This document shows, in pieces, positions 44,379 through 55,022 of a stretch of 64,000 bases of DNA. The stretch comes from Steroidobacteraceae bacterium (GTDB lineage: Bacteria > Pseudomonadota > Gammaproteobacteria > Steroidobacterales > Steroidobacteraceae): positions 2,578 to 66,577 of the forward strand of contig DASVCI010000051.1 in the NCBI GenBank assembly GCA_036381695.1. The letters run 5' to 3'. Both the position numbers and the translations under genes were made by a program. Position 1 is the stretch's first letter; each line of letters opens with the position of its first letter. The notes under the pieces were generated by a model. The model worked only from the letters and a program-made list of their open reading frames with translations. It was not told the DNA's origin and made no database searches.

Positions 44379-45311
44379 TCAGGCGACCAGCTCCACCACC
44401 TCTTTTTTCTGCGCCGGCGTAAGCAGCGGGCCGAAGCCCGCGCGAAGATTGTCGCTCTGCCTGTCAGGCTTGCCCGTAGCGGGAATCACTGCCGTGACGG
44501 CATCGTGGCTGAGCGCGAACTTGAGGAACATCTGCGCCCACGAGGTGATGCCCATCTCCTTCGACCAGCCGGGCAACGCTTTGTCGCGCACGCGGTTGAA
44601 CAAGGCGCCGTCATCGAAGTTGCGGTTGGCTAGCACTGCGACTCCCAGATCCTTCGCGACCGGGAAAACGCGCTCCTCGGCACCCCGATGAGTGACGGAA
44701 TAGTTGATCTGCAGAAAATCGGGCTTGGAGGCGCGAACGACCTCGGCGAGCTCATCGTGCGCCGAATCGAGGTAATGCGTGACGCCGACGTACTTGACCT
44801 TTCCTTCCTTCTTCAGCTCGCGCGCCACCTCGAGCTGCGTCCGCCAGTCGCCGAGATTGTGGACTTGAAGAAGCTCGACGTGATCGGTTCTGAGATCAGC
44901 GAGAGATTTCCGGAACTGCGCCATGCCCTGCTCACGCCCCCGCACACCGGAAAGCTTCGTGGCAATGAATGCGCGCGGGCGGAATCCGCCAGCCTCGAGA
45001 AGCGGGCCGAGAATCTGTTCGGCGTTGCTGTACGTCGGCGCCGTGTCGATGAGCTTGCCGCCCCCTTCGAAGAAGCGCTTCAACACTTCCTCGAGCGCCT
45101 CGTGCTCGGCGCTGCCTGGACGTACTTCGAAGCTGCCCGAGGTGCCCATGCCGATGACGGGCACTTCCTCACCGGTGGACGGAATTTTTCTCTTGAGCAT
45201 CGTTGCTCCTCTTGCGCCTTGTGCGGCGGCCAGGCTCGAGGATGCCGAGCCAAGAACCAACGATCCTGCCAGGGCGCAGGTGCCGACGACGAACTCGCGA
45301 CGGGTGCTCAT
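44379..45311 (-). CDS. Aldo/keto reductase with Tat signal
   Basis: MSTRREFV signal; IDTAPTY, ATK, LQVHNL, VIPAT. Confidence 0.88.
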   Translation of the reverse strand: MSTRREFVVGTCALAGSLVLGSASSSLAAAQGARGATMLKRKIPSTGEEVPVIGMGTSGSFEVRPGSAEHEALEEVLKRFFEGGGKLIDTAPTYSNAEQILGPLLEAGGFRPRAFIATKLSGVRGREQGMAQFRKSLADLRTDHVELLQVHNLGDWRTQLEVARELKKEGKVKYVGVTHYLDSAHDELAEVVRASKPDFLQINYSVTHRGAEERVFPVAKDLGVAVLANRNFDDGALFNRVRDKALPGWSKEMGITSWAQMFLKFALSHDAVTAVIPATGKPDRQSDNLRAGFGPLLTPAQKKEVVELVA

Positions 45312-45513
45312 GTGCAGCGACTCACTTCGGGAACGCGGCCGGCCGGCCGCCGGATCGAGGCGGACGATACGATGCTCCGGCCGACGGAGGCAATGGCGGA
45401 TTGGCGAAGTGCGCTCGTTATCGTGGACAAAGCAAGCTCCGCCACGGCGCTTCGCACTTCAATGAGAGGAGCGCACACACCGTTGCGAGCGCCCGCACAG
45501 TGGAAAGTGCTCG

Positions 45514-46008
45514 CTAGTGCTGCGTATGTGAGCGCCGAGGTGCGTAGGCGATGCACTCGAGCTCGAGACGCGCGTTGAGCGCAAGCCCGCTCGCGGCGAA
45601 GGCGCTGCGCGCCGGATATGGGCGCTTGAAGAACTCGCGATAGATCTCGTTGAACACCGGCCACTCGGCGATGTCGGCGAGAAATACCGTGCACTTGACG
45701 ACATCTTCGAGGCCGAGCCCATTGCGCTCCAGCACGGTCTTGATGTTCTCGAGTGTCTGGCGCGCTTCGGCGCGGATCCCGCCCGGGACCACGCGGCCGT
45801 TGGCATCGGTGCCGATCTGCCCGGAGAGGAACACGAAGTCACCCGCCCGCACCGCCTCCGAGAAGGGCCAGTCCTGCTTCAGGGCTTCCGGCGAGTTCAA
45901 GAACTCCGGCCGATCGGAGCCGGCCTCCGCCGCTGAAGCGCCGAGCGGCACGAATGAAACGAGCGTGATCAACAGCGCAACGCGATACAACGAACCATGC
46001 AGCGTCAT
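45514..46008 (-). CDS. RidA (YjgF/YER057c/UK114) family protein with signal peptide
   Basis: PFSEAVRAGDFVFLSGQIG, YPARSAF, LELECIA; hydrophobic N-terminus ending ASA-A. Confidence 0.85.
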   Translation of the reverse strand: MTLHGSLYRVALLITLVSFVPLGASAAEAGSDRPEFLNSPEALKQDWPFSEAVRAGDFVFLSGQIGTDANGRVVPGGIRAEARQTLENIKTVLERNGLGLEDVVKCTVFLADIAEWPVFNEIYREFFKRPYPARSAFAASGLALNARLELECIAYAPRRSHTQH

Positions 46009-46072
46009 CACTGCAACTCCTCCCGTGAACATGACCGACCTGCCGCCCGCGAGCTCACTGCGTCGGCCGCGA

Positions 46073-47278
46073 TCAATGCCGGCTCGCATGCGTCTTGGGC
46101 AGAAACATCGCAAGAATACCGAGAAGCGGCAGGTATGCGCACACGCGGTACACGAACTCGACGCTGGTCGCATCGGCGAGGTGGCCGAGCACGGCCGCCC
46201 CGAGGCCGCCCATGCCGAAAGCGAAGCCGAAAAACAGGCCCGAAATCATGCCGACGCGGCCCGGCACCAGCTCCTGCGCGTACACCAGGATGGCCGCGAA
46301 CGCCGAAGCAAGGATGAGCCCGATGACGACGCTCAGGATGCCCGTCCAGAACAGGCTCGCGTGCGGCAGCAGCAGCGTGAACGGCAACACTCCGAGGATA
46401 GAGAACCAGATGACGTACTTGCGCCCGAAGCGGTCGCCGATCGGCCCGCCGGCGAGCGTGCCAGCCGCAACCGCGGCGAGGAACACGAACAGATGCACTT
46501 GCGCCGTCCACACCGACACGTGAAAGCGCTCGATGAGATAGAACGTGTAGTAGCTCGTCAGGCTCGCGAGATAGAAGTACTTCGAGAAGATCAGCACCAG
46601 CAGGATCGCCAGCGCGCCGATCACCTTGCCCTTGCCAAGTGACACTGCAGGCGCGTGAGAATCGCGACGGGACACCGAGCGCGCCACGAGGTGCTGACCG
46701 TACCAGGCGCCTATCCTGGTGAGCAGGATGATGCCGAGGAGCGCCGCGAGCGCGAACCATGCGACGCTCTTCTGCCCGTTCGGCAGCACGATGAACGCGG
46801 CCGCGAGCGGTCCGATTGCGGACCCGGCGTTGCCGCCGACTTGAAAGATCGATTGCGCGAAACCATGTCTGCCGCCGGAAGCCAGCCGCGCGATCCGCGA
46901 GGATTCCGGATGAAACACGGATGAGCCGAGCCCAATGGTGGCGGCGGCGAGGCACAGCATCGGGAAGGAGCTCGCGAGCGACAGCAGCACGAGCCCGACG
47001 AGGGTGAACCCCATTCCGCACGCGAGCGCATAGGGCATGGGGCGCCTGTCGGCCGAGAGTCCCACGAGCGGCTGAAAGAGCGAGGCGGTGACCTGGTAGA
47101 CGAACGTCACCATGCCGATCTGCGCGAAGTCGAGCCCGAGGCCGCTCTTCAGGATCGGATACATCGCCGGCAGGAGCGACTGCATCATGTCGTTGAGCAA
47201 ATGGCAGACGCTCAACGCGCTCAGGATCGCGAGGGCAGTGGTGGCTTCCCGGGCGGGCGCCTCGACATTGGAGCTCAT
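46073..47278 (-). CDS. fsr: MFS transporter, fosmidomycin-resistance (Fsr) type
   Basis: HLLNDMMQSL, VFHPESSRIAR, QSIFQVGGNAG, GGPIGDRFGRK. Confidence 0.88.
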   Translation of the reverse strand: MSSNVEAPAREATTALAILSALSVCHLLNDMMQSLLPAMYPILKSGLGLDFAQIGMVTFVYQVTASLFQPLVGLSADRRPMPYALACGMGFTLVGLVLLSLASSFPMLCLAAATIGLGSSVFHPESSRIARLASGGRHGFAQSIFQVGGNAGSAIGPLAAAFIVLPNGQKSVAWFALAALLGIILLTRIGAWYGQHLVARSVSRRDSHAPAVSLGKGKVIGALAILLVLIFSKYFYLASLTSYYTFYLIERFHVSVWTAQVHLFVFLAAVAAGTLAGGPIGDRFGRKYVIWFSILGVLPFTLLLPHASLFWTGILSVVIGLILASAFAAILVYAQELVPGRVGMISGLFFGFAFGMGGLGAAVLGHLADATSVEFVYRVCAYLPLLGILAMFLPKTHASRH

Positions 47279-47344
47279 GCGACGTGATCGGACTGGCGGG
47301 GAGAGTGAAGGATATCGCGTCCCCGGCCGCGGCGCTGGTTCCCG

Positions 47345-47707
47345 TCAAAAAGCGCCTTTCGAGTCCCCGGCGGAATCGGCCTCGATGAGGAGCTCGGGAG
47401 CGGAGATCCGCGGGTTCGAGGGCAGATATTTGAGAGCGATGGGCTGCCCGACCGCGACCGATCTGGCCTGAGCGTCCGAGACGAGCGAGCGTCCGGTCCG
47501 CTTGCGGCCTTCGACTGTGTACTCGTACACGAGGAGCCAACGCGAGGTGGGCGATCCACCCGACAGGCTCTGCTTGGACAGCACGACGCCCTGCACGCTC
47601 GCTCCTTCCCGCAAGAGCCCGCGAACGTCACTCGTTTTGCGTGAGCCGCGCAATGCCGTCAGGATGACGAAGGCGATGAAGACCAACGAGAGCAGGAGCC
47701 ATTCCAT
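47345..47707 (-). CDS. Small membrane-anchored protein (DUF3592-like)
   Basis: N-terminal TM; G.V..YEYTV.G..VG..I...Y.P.NP. Confidence 0.6.
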   Translation of the reverse strand: MEWLLLSLVFIAFVILTALRGSRKTSDVRGLLREGASVQGVVLSKQSLSGGSPTSRWLLVYEYTVEGRKRTGRSLVSDAQARSVAVGQPIALKYLPSNPRISAPELLIEADSAGDSKGAF

Positions 47708-47897
47708 ATTTCGAGCGCAACGTGCAATCAGCCGGTTCACCTGCCGCAACGCTCGTGCGACAGCGACCGATAGGACTGTCACAAGTCTGCGCGAGCGGAC
47801 CGAGGATCGCCACTGCATCGGCTCGGGAACCCCGGACCTCCTGCGGCATCAGAAGGGGTATGCTTGTAGCGAAAGCAACGGGATGAGCGGAGGAGTT

Positions 47898-48530
47898 ATG
47901 CGTTCGTCATTCAGCATTCGTTTAGCTGCGGCGTGCGCACTTGCGACATTGGCGGTCACGGCCCGCGCCGCGGCCCCCGAGAATGCGGATGCGGTGCAAT
48001 CGGTCTGGCGGCCAGTGGAGATCAAGTACTCCTACGTCGGCTTCACGACGGCCTACGATTGCGATTCGTTCGAAGACAAGATGGAGCGGATCCTCGCCAC
48101 GCTCGACGCGCCGGCCGGGACCAAGGTCCAGGCCCTGGGCTGCCGCTACCTCAATCGGCCGGATCGAAACTTCTTCGTCACGATCACGACGGCCGTGCCA
48201 GTGCCCGTCGAGGAGGCGGAGAAGGAAGAGAGCAAGAAGAAGACCGAGCGTGAGCTGATCAAACGGCTCGGCGGCACCAAGGCCCTGCCGGAGGAGCCCT
48301 TTCAGGCGGCGTGGAAAACGGTCGACCTCGGCCGTGATCGGCGCCTCAGGCTCGAGCCGGGCGATTGCGAGCTGATGGAGGGGCTCAGGGATCACGTCCT
48401 GCCGAAGCTGCGGGCGAAGATCGTCAAGCAAACGATCAACTGCACGCCGAATCAGCTCGGCATCACTACGCCCGAGCTCGTGGTCTCGGTGCTCGCGCCC
48501 CTGCCGAGCCCGGACGAGCCGGAGCGCTGA
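47898..48530 (+). CDS. Secreted hypothetical protein with four Cys in the mature part
   Basis: GGAGGAG RBS; signal peptide ..ARA-A; YDCD, LGC, GDCEL, INC. Confidence 0.75.
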   Translation: MRSSFSIRLAAACALATLAVTARAAAPENADAVQSVWRPVEIKYSYVGFTTAYDCDSFEDKMERILATLDAPAGTKVQALGCRYLNRPDRNFFVTITTAVPVPVEEAEKEESKKKTERELIKRLGGTKALPEEPFQAAWKTVDLGRDRRLRLEPGDCELMEGLRDHVLPKLRAKIVKQTINCTPNQLGITTPELVVSVLAPLPSPDEPER

Positions 48531-48563
48531 CCGGTCAACGGAGAAGCGTCCACTCGGGATCGT

Positions 48564-49805
48564 TCAGGGCACGAGCAGACGATCGAGATGAGAGCGGATG
48601 TGCGCGGCCTGCTGCGGAGTATTCGCGAGCGCAATCGCGCGATCGAACGCCTCGCGCGCCTCCTCGAGGCGCCCGAGCTCCTTGAGCCAGGCGCCCTTGA
48701 CGCCGAAGTAATGAAAATAGCCGGATAAGCGCTCGCCGAGCGGCTCGATCATCTCGAGCGCGGCGGCTGGCCCGCGCAATTTCGCGACCGCGACGGCGCG
48801 ATTGAGCGTGACGATTGGCGAGGGTTGCAGCTCTTCGAGCGCACCGTAGAGCCGATCGATTTCGACCCAATCCGTGTCCTCTGCCCGCCTCGCCCGCGCG
48901 TGGATGGCGGCGATCGCCGCCTGAATCTGATAAGGACCCGCAGCCCCATGGCGCAGCGCCTTCTCGACCAGGACCAGGCCCTCGTCGATCAACGCCCGAT
49001 CCCACTGGCTCCTGTCCTGATCCTCGAGCAGCACGATCTCGCCTTCGGCATCGAGCCGGGCCGGCGCGCGCGAGTGTTGGAGGAGGAGCAGGGCCGTAAG
49101 CCCGAGAATCTCCGGCTCACCCGGGAACAGCCTGACCAGCAGGCGCGCCAGGCGAATCGCCTCCTCACACAACGGCAGCCGGACGTGCGCTTCGCCGCCG
49201 CTCGCCGAATAGCCTTCGTTGAACAGCAGATAGATCATCGCTGCGACGGTGCCGAGCCGGTTCGCACGCTCGAGCGGGCCCGGCGTTTCGAAGGGAACGT
49301 CGGCCGCTGCGATTTGGCGCTTGGCGCGCGTGATGCGTTGTTCCATCGCGCTCTCGCTCACGAGGAACGCCCGCGCGATCTCCTTGACTGTGAGCCCCGA
49401 GACGATCCTGAGCGCGAGCGCGATCTGCTGGGTCGCCGGAAGCTGCGGGTGGCAGCAGATGAAGAGCAATCGGAGGATGTCGTCCCGATAATGTGACGCG
49501 TCGAGTTGCTCGGCGAGCGCGCCTTCGACGTCCTCGCGCTCGCTCAGCACCTCATCCGACGGCAATTCGGTCTGTTTGCTGCGCCGGCGCAGGTCGTCGA
49601 GCCCGAAGTTGCGTCCGACGAAAATCAGCCACGCTGCCGGATCGCGCGGCGGACCGTTCACCGGCCAGGCCTTGAGTGCGCGCAGGCAGGCTTCCTGAAA
49701 GGCCTCCTCGGCGACATCCAGATCGCGGAAATACCGCAGCAGCGCGCTCATCGCCTGAGGGCGCGCGCTGGTCAACGCCGATTCGATCCAGGAAACATCC
49801 GTCAC
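48564..49805 (-). CDS. ECF sigma factor with C-terminal TPR extension (ECF42-type)
   Basis: DLDVAEEAFQEA, LRLLFICCHP, YLLFNEGY, GPYQIQAAIAA; GTGA overlap with the upstream DGPF gene. Confidence 0.9.
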   Translation of the reverse strand: MTDVSWIESALTSARPQAMSALLRYFRDLDVAEEAFQEACLRALKAWPVNGPPRDPAAWLIFVGRNFGLDDLRRRSKQTELPSDEVLSEREDVEGALAEQLDASHYRDDILRLLFICCHPQLPATQQIALALRIVSGLTVKEIARAFLVSESAMEQRITRAKRQIAAADVPFETPGPLERANRLGTVAAMIYLLFNEGYSASGGEAHVRLPLCEEAIRLARLLVRLFPGEPEILGLTALLLLQHSRAPARLDAEGEIVLLEDQDRSQWDRALIDEGLVLVEKALRHGAAGPYQIQAAIAAIHARARRAEDTDWVEIDRLYGALEELQPSPIVTLNRAVAVAKLRGPAAALEMIEPLGERLSGYFHYFGVKGAWLKELGRLEEAREAFDRAIALANTPQQAAHIRSHLDRLLVP

Positions 49806-50164
49806 TGCGTGGCTTCCAGATTGAAGCCGGCCTGCACCGGCCGGATCTCGAGCGCCCCGGTCTCGACCACGAGGCTAGAAGCGATCTCGATCGCCTCCTC
49901 GAGCGAGGCGCATTCGACGAAGTGCACGCCGAGCAGCTGCTCCTTCGTTTCCGCAAACGGTCCGTCCAGCACGACCGGAACGCGCCCCGCGCGCACCGTC
50001 GTCGCCGCAGTCGTCGGCATCAGTTTGGCGAACGCACTGAGGCGCCCCTCGCTCCGTAGCTTTTCCGCGATCGAGCGGCGGTGAGCCATGACGGCCTCAG
50101 CCTTCTCCCTGGGCCAGTCGTCCACGACGCTTTCGACGTTATAGCAGAGGATCGCGTACAGCAT
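49802..50164 (-). CDS. YciI/DGPF family protein
   Basis: DGPFAETKEQLLG, EIRP. Confidence 0.9.
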   Translation of the reverse strand: MLYAILCYNVESVVDDWPREKAEAVMAHRRSIAEKLRSEGRLSAFAKLMPTTAATTVRAGRVPVVLDGPFAETKEQLLGVHFVECASLEEAIEIASSLVVETGALEIRPVQAGFNLEATQ

Positions 50165-50214
50165 CGGATCTTCCAGGCATGCGGCGGCGGGGCCGCGAGG
50201 GCCCATGCCCTGAA

Positions 50215-50241
50215 GACGATCGACGCACCGTTCGTCCGACA
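50215..50241 (-). promoter_or_regulatory. Putative ECF42 autoregulatory promoter
   Basis: Minus strand TGTCG-N18-CGTC upstream of the DGPF-ECF42 operon; matches the ECF42 motif as I recall it (TGTCG, CG(A/T)C). Confidence 0.6.
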
Positions 50242-50453
50242 TCCTGGCGTAAAAGGGGGAGCAATCGAGGCGAGGGAGCCTTGCAGACGAAATCGGCCTT
50301 CTGGCGCTGTACCCAGGGAGCAGGTCGAGCCCCTCCCTCTTCGCCGGGGCGCCAGATTGACGACGACGGGCCGCTTCCCTGCCGGCACTCTCTATACAAT
50401 ACCGCGCCCCGGCGGGAGCGAGCCGCCACGCGCCCCATCAACGAGAGGGCCTC

Positions 50454-51379
<926 letters not shown>

Positions 51380-51380
<1 letters not shown>

Positions 51381-52141
51381 TGAACACTTACGCCATTCAG
51401 GCCATTTACAAGTTCGAGATGGCGCGCTGGTTTCGCACCGTCGTGCAAAGCGTGCTCTCTCCGGTGATCTCCACCTCGCTGTACTTCATCGTGTTCGGCG
51501 CTGCGATCGGCTCGCGCATGGCCGAGATCGACGGTGTGAGCTACGGCGCCTTCATCGTGCCGGGCCTCATCATGCTGTCGGTGCTGACGGAGAGCGTCTC
51601 GAACGCCTCCTTCGGCATCTACATGCCGAGATGGGCGGGCACGATCTACGAAGTGCTGTCGGCGCCGGTGTCGTTCGTGGAAATCGTGCTCGGCTACGTC
51701 GGCGCGGCGGCGACGAAATCGATCCTGCTCGGGCTCATCATCCTCGTGACGGCACGGCTCTTCGTCGATTTTCACATCGAGCATCCGCTCTGGATGGTGG
51801 CGTTCCTGCTGCTCACCTCGGTCACGTTCAGCCTGTTCGGCTTCATCATCGGCCTGTGGGCGAGCGGCTGGGAGAAGCTGCAGATCGTGCCGATCATGAT
51901 CATCACGCCGCTCGCCTTCCTCGGCGGCAGCTTCTACTCGATCAGCATGCTGCCGCCACTCTGGCAGAGCATCACGCTCTTCAATCCCGTCGTGTATCTG
52001 ATCAACGGCTTCCGCTGGGCGTTCTACGGCATCGCCGATGTGAGCGTCGCGCTCAGCCTGGGCATGACGCTCGTGTTCATGGCGCTGTGCCTGGCGGTCA
52101 TCGCCTGGATTTTCCGGACCGGGTGGCGGCTCAAAGCTTGA
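51380..52141 (+). CDS. ABC-2 permease (YadH-like)
   Basis: About 6 TMs; [29 protein letters not shown]. Confidence 0.92.
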
Positions 52142-52147
52142 GGACTC

Positions 52148-52352
52148 CTACATCCCCTCCCCCGCTTGCGGGGGAGGAACAGTGTGGAGAAACGCCTGTC
52201 TTACGTCCCCTTCCCGCTTGCGGAGGAGGAACAGTGTGGAGGGACGCCTGTCTTACGTCCCCTCCCCGCTTGCGGAGGAGGGACAGGGTGGGGGGACGCC
52301 TGCCTTACATCCCCTCCCCCGCTTGCGGGGGAGGGACAGGGTGGGGGGACAC
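52148..52352. repeat. Four tandem ~52-bp units, each carrying the REP-like palindrome
   Basis: Unit approximately CTTACRTCCCCTCCCCCGCTTGCGGRGGAGGRACAGKGTGGRGGGACGCCTG, four times. Confidence 0.9.
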
Positions 52353-53222
52353 CTGAACCGGCTCCTGACTCTTGCGAGTAGCGAGCCACGAGCCGACCAG
52401 AATCATCAACATCCCGACGGCGGCGCCGAAGCCGAACGGCTCATCGAGCACCCACACTCCCGCCAGAGCCGCGACGCCCGGGCAAACGTAAGCGACCACT
52501 GCGGCACGCGCCGCTCCCGCCTCGGTGATGAGATACAAATAAAGCACGAGCCCGGCCGCCGTGCAGAGCGTCCCAAGCACGACCACCGACACTATCGAAA
52601 GCATCGAAGGCATCCGGGCGGGAATCGAAAACGCAGCCAACGGAGCAAGCAGGACGGCGGCAACGACGAGGCTGGCGGCGACCGCTCCTGTCTCGTCCAC
52701 ATCCGCCAGATGCTTCTGCACGAGGAGCGGGCCGATCGCATAGCCGATGCTCGCGACCATGACGCAAGCGACGCCCGCCCAGAGCATCGGCCCCTGATTC
52801 GGATCTACACCAGAAAGCGTGAGCACGCCGAGAAATCCGATGAAGAGGCCGAGAAGCCGCGCGGGCCCGAGCCTCTCGGACAGGCCGAAGAGCGGCGCAA
52901 GCAGCAAGACCAGCATCGGCACCGTCGCGACCAGGATGCCGGCGAGCGAGGAGCTGATCCACTGCTCGCCGGTTCCGATCAGAACGAACGGCGCGACGAG
53001 CTCGATGATGGCGAACGCCACGATCGCCCCTTTGTGCTCGAACACCTTATCGAGCGCGCCGCGCTTGCAGGCAATCGGCAGCAACACCGCGGCAGCGAGT
53101 GTGATGCGGGTGAACGCGATCCAGACGGGCGAGAGGTCCGCGAGAGCGAGCTTGATGAAGAAGTACGGAACTCCCCATACCACGCACAGCACGACAAACG
53201 TTATCCATGCACGCCACGTCAC
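52305..53222 (-). CDS. EamA/DMT family transporter
   Basis: About 10 TMs; WGVPYFFIK, EQWISSSLAG, VAYVCPGVA..LDEP; C-terminus and stop come from a repeat unit; start approximate. Confidence 0.88.
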   Translation of the reverse strand: MTWRAWITFVVLCVVWGVPYFFIKLALADLSPVWIAFTRITLAAAVLLPIACKRGALDKVFEHKGAIVAFAIIELVAPFVLIGTGEQWISSSLAGILVATVPMLVLLLAPLFGLSERLGPARLLGLFIGFLGVLTLSGVDPNQGPMLWAGVACVMVASIGYAIGPLLVQKHLADVDETGAVAASLVVAAVLLAPLAAFSIPARMPSMLSIVSVVVLGTLCTAAGLVLYLYLITEAGAARAAVVAYVCPGVAALAGVWVLDEPFGFGAAVGMLMILVGSWLATRKSQEPVQVSPHPVPPPQAGEGM

Positions 53223-53389
53223 TCGGGACACCTGCTTCGAAGGGATTTTGGGGGGGATGAAGACGCCGCACGTTATCTCAGTTGCACGGCTGGAGTGAAT
53301 AGCCGAGCTCAGGAGCCTTCGCCGCAGTGCGCGCACACGAAAGGCTGCCCCCCACGCGGAGGTTTGCCGGCACGCGAGCCCCGAGGCCC

Positions 53390-53414
53390 GGAACTATGAC
53401 CCGGCACAGCCATT
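53390..53414 (+). promoter_or_regulatory. EcfG/ECF15-type promoter
   Basis: GGAAC-TATGACCCGGCACAGC-CATT (N16). Confidence 0.6.
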
Positions 53415-53459
53415 CAACGTAGGTCAGCCTTGGGGAGCGCGCGCTCGCGCCGACTGCTC

Positions 53460-54935
53460 ATGAAGCCATCCACACTCGCCGTCGCTCTGGGCCTGGCGGG
53501 CTCGGTGACGCTCGCCTTGCAGGGATGCTCGGAGGGGACGGTCGCGCAGACGGCCGAAGTCGAGCGCGTTGCTGAATCGGCTCAATCCTCTACGAACCCG
53601 CCCGCACGAGCAACGTACGCCGGCTCGCTCCCGGACTTTGCGCCTTTGGTCGCCCAGTACGGCGCCGCAGTCGTGAACGTCGAGGTCGTACAGCAACTGC
53701 AAGCCGCTGAGGGCGGCGCGGCAGCTGAGGACAACCCGCTTTTCGAATTCTTCCGGCGCTTCGGCTTGCCGGTGCCGGAGTCGCCCGGCGGCAACGTGCC
53801 CGTGCGAGGCGCGGGCTCGGGCTTCATCGTTTCACCCGACGGCTACATTCTCACCAACGCGCACGTCGTGGCCGAAGCGGATGAAGTCACTGTCCGCTTG
53901 ACCGATCGACGCGAGTTCATCGCCAAGGTCGTCGGCTTCGACAGGCGCACCGACGTCGCCGTCATCAAAATCGATGCGACAGGGTTGCCGACAGTTCGCA
54001 TCGGCGACCCGGCCACTCTGCGGCCGGGCGAATGGGTCCTCGCGATCGGCTCGCCTTTCGGTCTCGACAACAGCGCCACCGCCGGAATAGTGAGCGCGAC
54101 CTCGCGGGCCGTCGGCGGCGATATCTACGTGCCTTTCATCCAGACGGACGTGGCGGTCAACCCCGGCAACTCCGGCGGGCCGCTCTTCAACATGAGCGGC
54201 GAGGTCGTCGGCATGAACTCGATGATCTTCAGCCGCACGGGAGGCTACATGGGCCTCTCGTTCGCGATTCCCATCGATGTCGCCAACGATGTGCGACAGC
54301 AGTTGATAAAAACTGGCCGCGTGGTGCGCGGACGAATCGGCGTCGCCGTGCAGGACCTCAACGCGCAGCTCGCTGAATCCTTCGGGCTCGATCGTCCGCG
54401 CGGCGCGCTCGTGAGCGCAGTCGAAGAAGACAGCCCGGCGGCCAAGGCGGGCATAGAGCCCGGCGATGTGATCCTGAGCGTGAACGGCCGCGAAATCGAG
54501 CGCTTCGGAGAATTGTCGGAGCTGATCTCACGCCTGAAACCTGGTACGCGCGCGGAGCTCCTCATCTGGCGCGACGGCAAGCAGCAAGAAAAAGTAGTGA
54601 CGACCACCGAGCTGAAGGAGCCTGAGGCCGAGCGCCCACGTCCCGCCCGTTCCGAGCGCGGCGATGAAGTGGAGCAGCTGGGTCTCCTGGTGCGTCCATT
54701 GACCAATGAAGAGAAGAAGGTCGCAAGCACGGAAGGCACGCTCCTGGTCGAGGAAGTACAGGGCGCAGCCGCGCTCGCCGGCGTGCAGCCCGGAGACATC
54801 ATTCTCGGTGTCGATGGCAAGCCGGTCGGCTCGCTGAAAGAGCTGCGCGAAGCGGTCAAGCGCGCCCGGAGCACCGTGGCGTTGCTGATCAAGCGCGGCG
54901 AAGCGCAGGTGTTCGTACCTGTACGCGTCGGCTGA
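53460..54935 (+). CDS. DegP/DegQ (HtrA) serine protease with two PDZ domains, possible lipoprotein
   Basis: LQGC; GSGFIV, TNAHVV, TDVAV, NPGNSGGPL; two GD.I...(N/D)G PDZ motifs. Confidence 0.93.
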   Translation: MKPSTLAVALGLAGSVTLALQGCSEGTVAQTAEVERVAESAQSSTNPPARATYAGSLPDFAPLVAQYGAAVVNVEVVQQLQAAEGGAAAEDNPLFEFFRRFGLPVPESPGGNVPVRGAGSGFIVSPDGYILTNAHVVAEADEVTVRLTDRREFIAKVVGFDRRTDVAVIKIDATGLPTVRIGDPATLRPGEWVLAIGSPFGLDNSATAGIVSATSRAVGGDIYVPFIQTDVAVNPGNSGGPLFNMSGEVVGMNSMIFSRTGGYMGLSFAIPIDVANDVRQQLIKTGRVVRGRIGVAVQDLNAQLAESFGLDRPRGALVSAVEEDSPAAKAGIEPGDVILSVNGREIERFGELSELISRLKPGTRAELLIWRDGKQQEKVVTTTELKEPEAERPRPARSERGDEVEQLGLLVRPLTNEEKKVASTEGTLLVEEVQGAAALAGVQPGDIILGVDGKPVGSLKELREAVKRARSTVALLIKRGEAQVFVPVRVG

Positions 54936-55022
54936 CCACCCGGGCCAGGCCCCGCCCGGCCTCGATCACCGCGCGGTTCGAGACGATTGCGCCCACCTCC
55001 CGACGGATCTATTTTCGGACCC

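Noticed and set aside
52148-52352. Possible CRISPR array
   Set aside because: Inter-palindrome segments are near-identical rather than unique spacers; no cas genes; same family as the dispersed repeats
52166-52389. Small ORFs made of PPPLAGEG/PSPACGGG peptides (also at 25727-25924 and 31122-31334)
   Set aside because: These are translations of the palindromic repeat, not independent genes
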